Source: a virus (lineage: Duplodnaviria; Heunggongvirae; Uroviricota; Caudoviricetes). From it: DNA of 39,379 nucleotides. The DNA lies in the IMG/VR virus record IMGVR_UViG_2778261458_000007; one strand, written 5' to 3'. Positions 16,279-25,789 of this stretch are shown piece after piece. The position numbers were made by a program, and so were the translations under genes. Each line of letters starts with the position of its first letter. Positions within the stretch are counted from its first letter, which is position 1. The notes beneath the pieces are model-generated. The model saw nothing but the letters and a program-made list of their open reading frames with translations. It was not told where the DNA came from and searched no databases.

Positions 16279-16974
16279 ATGAATTTATTTGAGCGTTTGC
16301 TGTATCGCCGTCTTTGCAATGAGCAACCAGTCGATGGTGGAGCAGCTCCGGCTGCGTCAGAACCGTCAGCGCCTGCAGGTGATAACCCTGCTCCAGTTGG
16401 TGATCCATCACAACCGGAAGGTGATAAGCCACAACCTGTTGCTGATGGCGATAAACCTGCTGATGACAAAAAGCCTGAAAACGATAAGCAGGATGAAAAA
16501 AAGGACGGCGATAAACCAGAGGGTGCGCCTGAGAAGTACGAGTTTCAGGCTGCCGAAGGCGTAGAGCTGGATACAGAAGCGTTGAAGGAATTCGAGCCGG
16601 TGGCGCGAGAACTTAACCTGACCAACGAGCAAGCGCAAAAGCTGGTTGATGCTTATCCGAAGATTCTGGCAGGTGTTCAGCAGCGCCAGGCAGAAGCCTG
16701 GCAGAAAACAACCGAGCAGTGGGCTGCGGATGTAAAAGCTGACAAAGAAATCGGTGGCGACAAGTTGATTTCTAACCTTAGCGCCGCACAGCGTGCGCTT
16801 GACCAGTTCGGGACACCTGAACTCAAAGAATATCTGAACACCACCGGGCTGGGTAATCACCCTGATCTGGTCAAAACGTTCGTGAAAATCGGAAAGGCGA
16901 TGTCTGAAGATGGCATGGTCACCGGTGGTAATGAAGGCCAGCGTAGTGCGGCCGAAGTGCTCTATGGCAAATAA
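16279..16974 (+). CDS. Putative scaffolding protein
   Basis: Acidic, Pro/Asp/Lys-rich low-complexity N-terminal half then helical region; located between portal and capsid; AGGAG RBS. Confidence 0.5.
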   Translation: MNLFERLLYRRLCNEQPVDGGAAPAASEPSAPAGDNPAPVGDPSQPEGDKPQPVADGDKPADDKKPENDKQDEKKDGDKPEGAPEKYEFQAAEGVELDTEALKEFEPVARELNLTNEQAQKLVDAYPKILAGVQQRQAEAWQKTTEQWAADVKADKEIGGDKLISNLSAAQRALDQFGTPELKEYLNTTGLGNHPDLVKTFVKIGKAMSEDGMVTGGNEGQRSAAEVLYGK

Positions 16975-16988
16975 GAGAGGAAATGACA

Positions 16989-17975
16989 ATGGCTGTTAAA
17001 GGCTTAACTGCGCTAACGCTGGCTGACTGGGGTAAGCGCGTCGATTCAAACGGGAAAGTCGATAAGATTATCGAGCTTCTCGGTCAAACTAACCCGATCC
17101 TTCAGGATATGCCTTTTGTCGAAGGGAACCTTCCTACCGGACACCGAACCACCATTCGTTCTGGTTTACCTTCAGCTACCTGGCGTTTGCTGAACTATGG
17201 CGTACAGCCAAGCAAATCAACCACAGTGCAGGTAACCGATTCCGTTGGCATGCTGGAAACCTATGCGGAAGTCGATAAGTCACTGGCTGATCTGAACGGC
17301 AATACCGCCGAATTCCGCCTGTCTGAAGACCGCGCATTTATTGAAGCGATGAATCAGCAGATGGCGCAGACGCTGTTTTATGGTGATTCCAGCGTTAACC
17401 CTCAGCAGTTTATGGGACTGTCCTCCCGCTATTCCAGCCTGTCTGCGGGTAATGCTCAGAACATCATTGATGCTGGTGGCACGGGTACAGATAACACCTC
17501 AATCTGGTTAGTGGTGTGGGGCGAAAACACCGTGCATGGCATCTTCCCGAAAGGGCAGAAGGCTGGCATCCAGATGGAAGATAAAGGCCAGGTGACACTG
17601 GAAGATGCTAATGGCGGCAAGTACGAAGGCTATCGCACCCATTACAAATGGGATAACGGACTTGCTCTGCGTGACTGGCGTTATGTTGTTCGCATTGCAA
17701 ACATCGATGTCAGCAATCTTTCAGAACCTTCCTCTGCCGCAAATATTGCGAAGTTGATGGTTAAAGCACTGCATCGCATTCCAAACCGTGGCATGGGCCG
17801 CCCGGTGTTCTACATGAACCGCACTGTAGGCCAGGCTCTTGATCTGCAGTCTCTGGAGAAAACATCTCTGGCGATTAGCGTAAAAGAGACTGAAGGCGAG
17901 TGGTGGACGTCATTCCGTGGTGTACCAATCCGTGAAACTGATGCGCTTCTGGAAACAGAAGCCCGCGTGGTGTAA
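16989..17975 (+). CDS. Major capsid protein
   Basis: About 330-aa ORF after scaffold with strong RBS GAGAGG; followed by hairpin and terminator as usual after capsid genes. Confidence 0.7.
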   Translation: MAVKGLTALTLADWGKRVDSNGKVDKIIELLGQTNPILQDMPFVEGNLPTGHRTTIRSGLPSATWRLLNYGVQPSKSTTVQVTDSVGMLETYAEVDKSLADLNGNTAEFRLSEDRAFIEAMNQQMAQTLFYGDSSVNPQQFMGLSSRYSSLSAGNAQNIIDAGGTGTDNTSIWLVVWGENTVHGIFPKGQKAGIQMEDKGQVTLEDANGGKYEGYRTHYKWDNGLALRDWRYVVRIANIDVSNLSEPSSAANIAKLMVKALHRIPNRGMGRPVFYMNRTVGQALDLQSLEKTSLAISVKETEGEWWTSFRGVPIRETDALLETEARVV

Positions 17976-18026
17976 CGCCTGTTATTAACCTGTGGGTCGT
18001 AACAGACCCACTAATGGAGAAAGAAG

Positions 18027-18464
18027 ATGATCACCGACAAACTGTTGATGTTCTCCGAAGCACAGGCGGTAACTGATACCGCGGCTTCTACTGACGTAAT
18101 CGATCTCGGTCCAATTGATGGGATCCGTCGCGATATCGGCGTGGGTTATCCGCTTGAGTTTTGGGCGCTGGTTAACGAAGCCGCCACGGCAAGTGGTGAG
18201 GCAACTGTAAACATCCAGTTGCAGACGAGTGAGAATAACAGCTCATGGTCCACTATTTATGATAGTGGCGCACTGGCAAAGGCCACCCTGACAGCAGGTA
18301 AGCGAGTTGTTTCTGCAAAGGTGCCAGCCGGTGTTCAGCGATATCTGCGTGTTAACTACTCCGTCGCAACTGGCCCACTAACGGCTGGCAAATTCACTGC
18401 TGGTATCAATCTTGATGTTGATGCCAATACGCCGTATCCGATCCGCTCAAAAGTAACTGGTTAA
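18027..18464 (+). CDS. Putative capsid decoration or virion protein
   Basis: 145-aa ORF directly after capsid gene; RBS GGAGAAAG. Confidence 0.45.
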   Translation: MITDKLLMFSEAQAVTDTAASTDVIDLGPIDGIRRDIGVGYPLEFWALVNEAATASGEATVNIQLQTSENNSSWSTIYDSGALAKATLTAGKRVVSAKVPAGVQRYLRVNYSVATGPLTAGKFTAGINLDVDANTPYPIRSKVTG

Positions 18465-18474
18465 GGTGATATTG

Positions 18475-18810
18475 ATGTCAGGTGAGAAACCAAGATACCG
18501 CGTTCTGCGCCTCTCTCATATCCATAACACTCTGTGGCCGGAGGGGGCAGAAATCGAATACGAAGGTGAGCCTGGTAGCGCACTGGAACCTGTTAACGAT
18601 GCAGCCAGACAGGCAAAAGCAAAAGTTGCAGGAAAGGTGTCAATGGCAGCAACCAGCACCAAAATCATCAACGATGTGTCAGATGATGGTGAACTGGATA
18701 AGCTCCGTGAAGAGTACGAATTGCTCTTTAACGAGAGGCCACACCATAACGCCAAAGCAGAAACGCTCCGCGAGAAGATCGCAGATAAGCGTAAAGAACT
18801 GGGCGTGTAA
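18475..18810 (+). CDS. Hypothetical protein
   Basis: ATG 18475 with AAGGTGA upstream; followed by intrinsic terminator. Confidence 0.4.
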   Translation: MSGEKPRYRVLRLSHIHNTLWPEGAEIEYEGEPGSALEPVNDAARQAKAKVAGKVSMAATSTKIINDVSDDGELDKLREEYELLFNERPHHNAKAETLREKIADKRKELGV

Positions 18811-18826
18811 GCCTCGCGAATCAGAC

Positions 18827-18850
18827 AAGGGGCTTCGGCCCCTTTATTGC
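18827..18850 (+). terminator. Intrinsic terminator within structural region
   Basis: Hairpin AAGGGGC-TTCG-GCCCCTT followed by TATT. Confidence 0.6.
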
Positions 18851-18860
18851 AGGAGTGTAT

Positions 18861-19184
18861 ATGGAACTCGTAAACCTCAAAACCGGCACTGACAGCTACC
18901 AGGATGAGAGCGGAGAAACCAGAACTCGCGATGAATACCCGTGGGGGCTGTGCATCACGCTGAATAACGACACATTGAATAAGCTGAAGGCGCAACCTCA
19001 GGGCGTCGGAACAGAAGTGATGATAACTGCGAAGGCTGTTATTCGAGGCCTGTCTGCCAGAGAAACTGACGATGGTGTTAATCGCAGCGCCGATCTGCAG
19101 ATCACTGATATGGCAATCGCTCCTGTTTCCGGTGATGTAGAAAAATCAGCGGCTGAAACCCTCTACGGTAACGGGGGTGAGTGA
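18861..19184 (+). CDS. Hypothetical virion-associated protein
   Basis: ATG 18861 with AGGAG upstream. Confidence 0.4.
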   Translation: MELVNLKTGTDSYQDESGETRTRDEYPWGLCITLNNDTLNKLKAQPQGVGTEVMITAKAVIRGLSARETDDGVNRSADLQITDMAIAPVSGDVEKSAAETLYGNGGE

Positions 19185-19789
19185 TGGCCTCTGTAGTAGA
19201 GATCTGTAATCGTGCGCTGTCCAATATTGGCAACAGCCGCAGCATTAACAGCCTGACGGAAGCCAGCAAGGAAGCGGGGGAATGTTCGCTGCATTTTGAG
19301 GCCTGTCGTGATGCTGTGCTTTCTGATTTTGACTGGAACTTTGCTACAAAACGCGTGGCGCTTGCAGATACGAGCAATCCACCGCCTGACTGGGAATATG
19401 CGTACCAGTACCCTTCCGATTGTCTGCGCATTACTGAAATTATGCTTCCTGGTGTACGCAATCCAACAGCAGCAATGCGTGTTCAGTACGAAGTTGGTGC
19501 AGACACCAACGGAACAGGAAAATTGATCTACACAGACCAGCCGCAGGCATGGCTTAAGTATGTCTCTCGCGTTACAGATGTGAACATGTTTGATGCCATT
19601 TTTATGGAGGCGCTGGCCTGGCGTCTTGCGGCAGCTATTAACATGGCGCTGACTGGGAATGCAGACCTCGGTACGTTTGCCCTCAATATGTACAATCGCG
19701 TGATTCTTAGTGCTGGCTCGCATAGCCAGAATGAATCACAGGAACCACAGCCACCGGTTGATGAGTTTACCATTGCGAGGTTGTCCTGA
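19184..19789 (+). CDS. Tail tubular protein A-like (adaptor)
   Basis: N-terminal pattern and size resemble T7 gp11-type proteins; directly precedes large nozzle-like gene. Confidence 0.5.
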   Translation: MASVVEICNRALSNIGNSRSINSLTEASKEAGECSLHFEACRDAVLSDFDWNFATKRVALADTSNPPPDWEYAYQYPSDCLRITEIMLPGVRNPTAAMRVQYEVGADTNGTGKLIYTDQPQAWLKYVSRVTDVNMFDAIFMEALAWRLAAAINMALTGNADLGTFALNMYNRVILSAGSHSQNESQEPQPPVDEFTIARLS

Positions 19790-22260
19790 TGGCTATCAGT
19801 TGGATCCAGCCCAGCTTTGCCGGTGGTGAGATTGGACCGTCGTTGTACGGTCGTATCGACATGGCGAAGTACCAGGTGGCATTGCGCAAGTGCGATAACT
19901 TTATCGTGCGGCAGTATGGCGGCGTTGAGAATCGACCTGGTACGCGTTTTGTCGGTGCCGCCAAATACCCAAATCGGAAATGCCGCCTGATCCCGTTCCA
20001 GTTCTCGACGGTTCAGACCTATGCTCTGGAGTTCGGGCACCAGTACATGCGCGTTATCAAAGATGGTGCGTTGGTGCTGAACAGCAGCAATGTTATTTAT
20101 GAAATTGCCACGCCATATACTGAAGCCGATCTGTTCCGAATTAAATTTACGCAAAGCGCCGACGTGCTTACGCTGGTTCACCCGGCATACCCGCCGAAAG
20201 AGTTGCGCCGCTATGCGCATGACAACTGGCAACTGGTTGATGTGGTAACGAAGAACGGGCCATTTGAAGATATCAATATTGACGAGTCAGTGACGGTTTA
20301 TGCCAGCGCCAGCACCGGGACAATTACGTTAACGGCAAGCGCCTCTATTTTTGGCGCGGAGCAGGTAGGCAAATTGTTCTATCTGGAACAGCCTGCAGTG
20401 GATTCAGTGCCGGTATGGGAAACCAGTAAGAGTACGTCGATTGGCGATATTCGCCGTGCAGACAGTAACTACTATCGCGCCGTTACAGCAGGCAAAACAG
20501 GCACTTTGCGCCCTTCGCATACAGAAGGCACATCATGGGATGGCTGGGGCGGATCCGGTGATGATGATACTGGCATTGAGTGGGAGTATCTGCACAGTGG
20601 TTTTGGCATTGCCCGTATCACTGCTGTAAACGGCACTACTGCAACTGCCGAGGTGATTTCCTATATCCCTTCGCAGGTCGTTGGCGAGGATAATGCCAGC
20701 TATAAATGGGCTAAATATGCCTGGAACAGTGTTAATGGTTATCCTGGCACTGTTGTTTATTATCAACAACGTCTTTACTTCGCCGCATCGACTGCGTTCC
20801 CTCAGACTATCTGGGCCAGCCGTACCGGGGATTATAAGGATTTTGGCAAAAGCAATCCTACGCAGGATGACGACAGAATTATCTACACCTATGCCGGGCG
20901 TCAGGTTAATGAGATCCGCCACCTGATTGATGTCGGTTCGCTGGTGGCACTGACTTCCGGAGGTGAGTACGTCATCACCGGCGACCAGAACAAAGTGTTA
21001 ACCCCATCATCATTTGCATTCAGCTCTCAGGGATCAAATGGCTCAAGCAACGTCCCACCAATTGCTGTGGCGAATATTGCTCTGTTTGTCCAGGAGAAAG
21101 GCAGCGTTGTCCGTGATCTGGCCTACTCATTCGATGTTGACGGCTATCAGGGGAACGACCTGACCATCCTTGCCAATCATCTTTTTCAGAAGCACAGCAT
21201 TGTTGACTGGTGCTTCTCGATAGTCCCTTACTCCAGCGCCTTCTGCATCCGTGATGACGGTAAATTACTGGTGATGACCTATTTGCGTGATCAACAGGTT
21301 TTTGCATGGGCACCACAGTCCAGTACCGGAAAATATGAAAGCACATGCAGTATCAGCGAAGGCAATGAAGATGCGGTGTATTTCGTCGTTAACCGAACCG
21401 TTAACGGGCAAACAGTGAGATACATCGAGAGACTGTCTAGCCGTTTATTTACCAGCGATGAAGATGCTTTCTTTGTTGATTCTGGCCTTAGCTATGATGG
21501 AAGAAATACGTCTGACAGAACGATGACCATCACTGGTGGTTCTGGCGAATGGGATTATCGCGCGGAATATACAATCAGTGTTTCTGGTGGTGCGTACTTC
21601 ACCAGTAGTGATGTCGGCGCGCAACTACAGTTCCCTTATGTCGGAACTGATCCTGATACTGGCGATGAAGTGTCAAAAGAATTACGTTGCGACATTATTT
21701 CTGTAACCAGCAATACCGCTGTAGTGGTTCGTGCTAACAGGAACGTCCCGCCATCCCTCAGGAATGTGGCCACCACGAACTGGCAGATGGCGCGCCGGAC
21801 ATTTGGAGGCCTGTCTCATCTTGAAGGCCAGACCGTAAACATTCTCTCTGATGCGAACGTGGAGCCACAGAAAGTGGTTTCCGGAGGTGCCGTCACGCTG
21901 GAATCTCCGGGGGCTGTAGTGCACATCGGCCTGCCAATAACTGCTGAATTCGAAACACTGGATATCAACATTAACGGACAGGAAACGCTGCTGGACAAAA
22001 AACAGGTGATCCCGTCCGTTACTCTGGTTGTGAATGCCAGCCGCGGCATCTGGGCGACTACGCCCGGCGGTAAATGGTACGAATATCCACAGCGTGAATT
22101 CGAGTTCTACGATGATCCTGTTGATGACGCTACCGGAAAAGTAGAAGTGAAACTGGACAGTAACTGGGGCAAAAACGGACGTGTAAGAATCCGTCAGCTT
22201 GACCCGTTGCCGCTGTCTGTTCTTGCCGTTATTCCTCGCCTTACTGTTGGGGGATTCTGA
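19789..22260 (+). CDS. Tail tubular protein B-like (nozzle)
   Basis: 823-aa ORF following gp11-like gene in T7-like order. Confidence 0.5.
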   Translation: MAISWIQPSFAGGEIGPSLYGRIDMAKYQVALRKCDNFIVRQYGGVENRPGTRFVGAAKYPNRKCRLIPFQFSTVQTYALEFGHQYMRVIKDGALVLNSSNVIYEIATPYTEADLFRIKFTQSADVLTLVHPAYPPKELRRYAHDNWQLVDVVTKNGPFEDINIDESVTVYASASTGTITLTASASIFGAEQVGKLFYLEQPAVDSVPVWETSKSTSIGDIRRADSNYYRAVTAGKTGTLRPSHTEGTSWDGWGGSGDDDTGIEWEYLHSGFGIARITAVNGTTATAEVISYIPSQVVGEDNASYKWAKYAWNSVNGYPGTVVYYQQRLYFAASTAFPQTIWASRTGDYKDFGKSNPTQDDDRIIYTYAGRQVNEIRHLIDVGSLVALTSGGEYVITGDQNKVLTPSSFAFSSQGSNGSSNVPPIAVANIALFVQEKGSVVRDLAYSFDVDGYQGNDLTILANHLFQKHSIVDWCFSIVPYSSAFCIRDDGKLLVMTYLRDQQVFAWAPQSSTGKYESTCSISEGNEDAVYFVVNRTVNGQTVRYIERLSSRLFTSDEDAFFVDSGLSYDGRNTSDRTMTITGGSGEWDYRAEYTISVSGGAYFTSSDVGAQLQFPYVGTDPDTGDEVSKELRCDIISVTSNTAVVVRANRNVPPSLRNVATTNWQMARRTFGGLSHLEGQTVNILSDANVEPQKVVSGGAVTLESPGAVVHIGLPITAEFETLDININGQETLLDKKQVIPSVTLVVNASRGIWATTPGGKWYEYPQREFEFYDDPVDDATGKVEVKLDSNWGKNGRVRIRQLDPLPLSVLAVIPRLTVGGF

Positions 22261-22724
22261 TGATAGACGTTCAAATTATTCCCGCTACCGAAGAGCATCT
22301 TCAGATGATTTTGCCGGATGTTCGTCAAGCTGATATTGACGAACTGTATGCGGTATCACTGATGACTACCGAAGATGCGCTGCGTGTTGGTCTTCGCACT
22401 GCGACTATGGCCTGGTCAGGGTTCGCGAACGGAGAACTGGTAACCATGTTTGGTGTATCTCCGGCGTCAATGATCGGTGGCAATGGTACGCCCTGGCTGG
22501 TAGGAACCAGCCGTATTGAAAAATATCAGAAGACATTTCTTCGCCACTGCCGCCCTGTATTGCAGCAGATGCTGGCAGTTTATCCGCGCCTGGAAAACTA
22601 CGTCGACGAGCGAAACCATGTTGCCAAAGCATGGCTGCACTGGCTTGGATTCAGGCTTGAAGAAGCCGCGCCTTATGGTGCTCTTGGTCTTAATTTCCAC
22701 AGATTTCACATGGAGAGAAAATAA
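22260..22724 (+). CDS. Hypothetical internal virion protein
   Basis: 154-aa ORF coupled to nozzle gene stop. Confidence 0.4.
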   Translation: MIDVQIIPATEEHLQMILPDVRQADIDELYAVSLMTTEDALRVGLRTATMAWSGFANGELVTMFGVSPASMIGGNGTPWLVGTSRIEKYQKTFLRHCRPVLQQMLAVYPRLENYVDERNHVAKAWLHWLGFRLEEAAPYGALGLNFHRFHMERK

Positions 22725-23263
22725 TGTGTAACCCAGCCATCGCTTTGGTTGCCGTCACAGTGGCATCCACAGCCGCGTCAATGTACAGCCAGAGCAAGCA
22801 GGCAAAATACCAGTCAGCCATAGCTGATCGGAATGCTGAAATTGCTGAAGCTCAGGCACAGGATTCAATCAATCGTGGGAATATTGAAGCGGATCAGCGT
22901 CGTCGTGAAATGCGTCAACGCTCAGGTACTGCGGCGGCCACTATGGGTGCTACCGGTGCGGAATTAAGTAGCGGAACAGCTCTTGACGTTTTTGCGGATA
23001 ATGCTCAGTTCGGCACTCTTGATGCGTTAACGACAGTGAATAATGCTCAGCGTGAGGCATATGGGTATCAGGTTCAGGGAATGAATGCTCAGGCACAGGG
23101 GGCTGCTGCTCAGTCGGCTGCTAAATCATCGATGACCAGCACTTTGTTAACGGCACCACTAAAAGCATACGGTGCATACCAGATGGGCGGCGGAACGTGG
23201 AGCCCGTTCTCTCAGAAGGCTGCGCCGATTTCTGCTGCTGTTGGCACTCCAACCGGTCGATAA
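22724..23263 (+). CDS. Internal virion protein with N-terminal hydrophobic segment
   Basis: 179-aa ORF, Ala/Gln-rich, N-terminal hydrophobic stretch; position equivalent to T7 gp14. Confidence 0.4.
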   Translation: MCNPAIALVAVTVASTAASMYSQSKQAKYQSAIADRNAEIAEAQAQDSINRGNIEADQRRREMRQRSGTAAATMGATGAELSSGTALDVFADNAQFGTLDALTTVNNAQREAYGYQVQGMNAQAQGAAAQSAAKSSMTSTLLTAPLKAYGAYQMGGGTWSPFSQKAAPISAAVGTPTGR

Positions 23264-23275
23264 GGGGATAATAAG

Positions 23276-25789
23276 ATGCCAGTTGTACCAACAACATCGG
23301 GCCGTCAGGTTCAGAGCAGAGGGATTTCGACGCAGGGATTCTCATCGTTTCAGACTCCAAATGTCGGTGATGTACTTGGCGATGTTGCAGAGCAATATGC
23401 AGGTATTATTGCGCAGGCAAAACAGCGTGCGAATGTTGCTATGGCTCAGGATGCTTCTCTTAGCTTAAGCCAGATAAGCAGCGATCTGCTGAATAACCCT
23501 GAAACAGGTTTGCTTAACCTGAAAGGGAAAAATGCTATTGGAAAAGGTCAGGAGTATACGCAGCAGTTTGATGCTCAGGTCGAACAACTGGCTATGTCGC
23601 TGCCTGATGAACAGGCTCGTAATGCTTTCATGCAGCAGGCGCAGCAGCAGCGCATTCAGTTCACTACGCAGGCCGGGCGGCACGAGATAGGGCAAATTAA
23701 TGCCTACGAAGAAGGTCAGTTTCAGGCGACGCTGCTGAACAATGGTAAAAATGCCGCAGCATTGTATGGCGACAACACCGCATACGTATTGGCTAATAAG
23801 CAAACTTTCCAGCAAATTGAGGAGTACGGTGTTGCACATGGCTGGAGCGACGAGCAAATACAGGCCAAGAAAATCGAGTTTAAAGAGAAGGTTGCTGATG
23901 CCGCATTGTCCCAGTGGTCGGCAAACAATGCGACCGCATTCATCCAAAGTAATGGCGAGTTAAGTGATACTGCTGCTGGAGCTCGCCGTGCTGTAGCAGA
24001 TAGTGACTCTTCCGAGCATGCCCGTGGCATACGCAACAATAACCCAGGAAATCTCGAATACAGCAAAACTAATCCGTGGGTAGGCCAGACCGGTGATGAT
24101 GGTCGATTTGCTAAATTCGAAACACCTGAACACGGGATTCGTGCATTAGGGCGGAACCTGATGTCGTATCAGAGGCAGGGTATTGATACCGTCAGTGAGA
24201 TAATTAATCGCTGGGCACCGCCTACTGATAAAAATGACACTATGTCGTATATCAAAGCAGTGTGCGAACAACTTGGCGTTTCTGCTGATGAGCCTCTCGA
24301 TGCATCAAATCCTGATACCCTGAAGGCGCTTTGTGCAGCCATTATCCATCATGAGAACGGTAGCCAGCCATACAGTGATCAGCAGTTAACTGCTGGTGTC
24401 AGTGCAGCACTTGGTTTATCAACAATTCCAACCAACACCAAACGCTATACCGGTAATGCAGCATTCGATGCGGCATCTCCTGAGGCTCAGGCAAGTTTTA
24501 TGCGACAGGCGGATCAACTGCGTCGGCAGCAGCAGGCTGAATATAAAACGATGCTCGACAGCCGGGTTCGCGATGCGACGGCTGCGTATATGCGTGGCGT
24601 TGAATTTCCTAACCCACCAGGTGAGGATGATTTTATTGCAGCTTATGGCGTCAGAGAAGGAAACCTGCGATATACCGAGTTCAGAAATACGCAGATCGCC
24701 GGACAGTATATAGGCTCTTTCCGCAACATGCCGACAAGCAGCATTACAGCATATGTTGAGCAATTGCGCCCAGATACTGGTGAGACAGGGGAGGGTTATG
24801 CGGCACGAGTCGCTCTTTATGACAACGTTGTGTCGGCTGCAAATCAGGTGATAAAGCAGCGGCAGTCGGATCCTGTGCAGTTCTCTCTTGCCTCCGGACA
24901 GGCAAAGCCTATCGACATGAGCAATAAGGATAACTTTGGACAGAGCGTTGCCTTGCGTGCCGCTCAGGTCAGTGACCTTGCTAAGTCATATGGCACTCCA
25001 CTGACGTTCTTTTCCAAAGACGAGGCCAATCAGATCGGTGTTTTCTTTCGTGATGCGCCCGTTTCCCAACAGGCAGCATATCTCGATACCATCAGGCAGA
25101 GCACTGGTGGTGGGAAGGTGTATATGTCAGCACTACAGCAGATTAGTGCCAACGCGCCATCTGCTGCCGTTGCCGGGATACTGATGGATAAGCCTGGTGG
25201 TATTTTGGCAGAAAAAAACTGGTTTAATCCGGATGTTTCCGTGTCTCCTGAAACCGCTGCGCAGACAATTCTTGCTGGCGCGGCGGCTCGTAAAGGTACT
25301 GATGATGCGAAAGGTATTCCGATGCCTAAAGATGCTGATCTTCGCCTTGAGTTTTCTGACATGGTGAAGGATGCATTTGCTGGTGACGCTCAGGGGGCAT
25401 CAATGGCATACGAGATCGCAAAGGACTATTACGCTGGTGTGATGGCGAAAAAAGGCGTGGTATCAGGCGAAATTGACAATGATGTCTGGAAACAGGCTGT
25501 TAACGTAGCTACAGGTGGCGTGCATGACTATAACGGAATGGGGAATGTCCTTTTGCCGTGGGGAATGTCTGCAGAGCAATTCGATAAGCAGGTTAATCAG
25601 GCTTGGAATGAACAAGTTGTCGGCACCGGGATAAAAACACCGCCTGGTCAGTATGGTTTGCAAAGTTACGGCGATAGTCAGTACCTGGTGAAACTTGGTA
25701 CTGGTTATCTGCTGAAAGATGATGGTTCTCCTGTTGTTCTTGATCTGACACAGAAGCGTCAGAGATTCTCCGGAGATATTCCGCAATGA
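23276..25789 (+). CDS. Internal virion / DNA-ejection protein (837 aa)
   Basis: Large ORF in core-protein position with RBS AAGGGG; contains a conserved-looking segment IRNNNPGNLEY...RWAPP. Confidence 0.45.
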   Translation: MPVVPTTSGRQVQSRGISTQGFSSFQTPNVGDVLGDVAEQYAGIIAQAKQRANVAMAQDASLSLSQISSDLLNNPETGLLNLKGKNAIGKGQEYTQQFDAQVEQLAMSLPDEQARNAFMQQAQQQRIQFTTQAGRHEIGQINAYEEGQFQATLLNNGKNAAALYGDNTAYVLANKQTFQQIEEYGVAHGWSDEQIQAKKIEFKEKVADAALSQWSANNATAFIQSNGELSDTAAGARRAVADSDSSEHARGIRNNNPGNLEYSKTNPWVGQTGDDGRFAKFETPEHGIRALGRNLMSYQRQGIDTVSEIINRWAPPTDKNDTMSYIKAVCEQLGVSADEPLDASNPDTLKALCAAIIHHENGSQPYSDQQLTAGVSAALGLSTIPTNTKRYTGNAAFDAASPEAQASFMRQADQLRRQQQAEYKTMLDSRVRDATAAYMRGVEFPNPPGEDDFIAAYGVREGNLRYTEFRNTQIAGQYIGSFRNMPTSSITAYVEQLRPDTGETGEGYAARVALYDNVVSAANQVIKQRQSDPVQFSLASGQAKPIDMSNKDNFGQSVALRAAQVSDLAKSYGTPLTFFSKDEANQIGVFFRDAPVSQQAAYLDTIRQSTGGGKVYMSALQQISANAPSAAVAGILMDKPGGILAEKNWFNPDVSVSPETAAQTILAGAAARKGTDDAKGIPMPKDADLRLEFSDMVKDAFAGDAQGASMAYEIAKDYYAGVMAKKGVVSGEIDNDVWKQAVNVATGGVHDYNGMGNVLLPWGMSAEQFDKQVNQAWNEQVVGTGIKTPPGQYGLQSYGDSQYLVKLGTGYLLKDDGSPVVLDLTQKRQRFSGDIPQ

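Noticed and set aside
17992-18011. Hairpin GTGGGTC-GTAACA-GACCCAC after the capsid gene as a terminator
   Set aside because: No following T-run and the next gene starts 16 bp downstream; possibly a partial attenuator or RNA stability element, not called as a terminator.
22260-22724. GNAT-type acetyltransferase assignment for the 154-aa virion-region protein
   Set aside because: Only a weak C-terminal resemblance (AKAWLHWLGFRLEE) without the full acetyl-CoA binding motifs; left as hypothetical.
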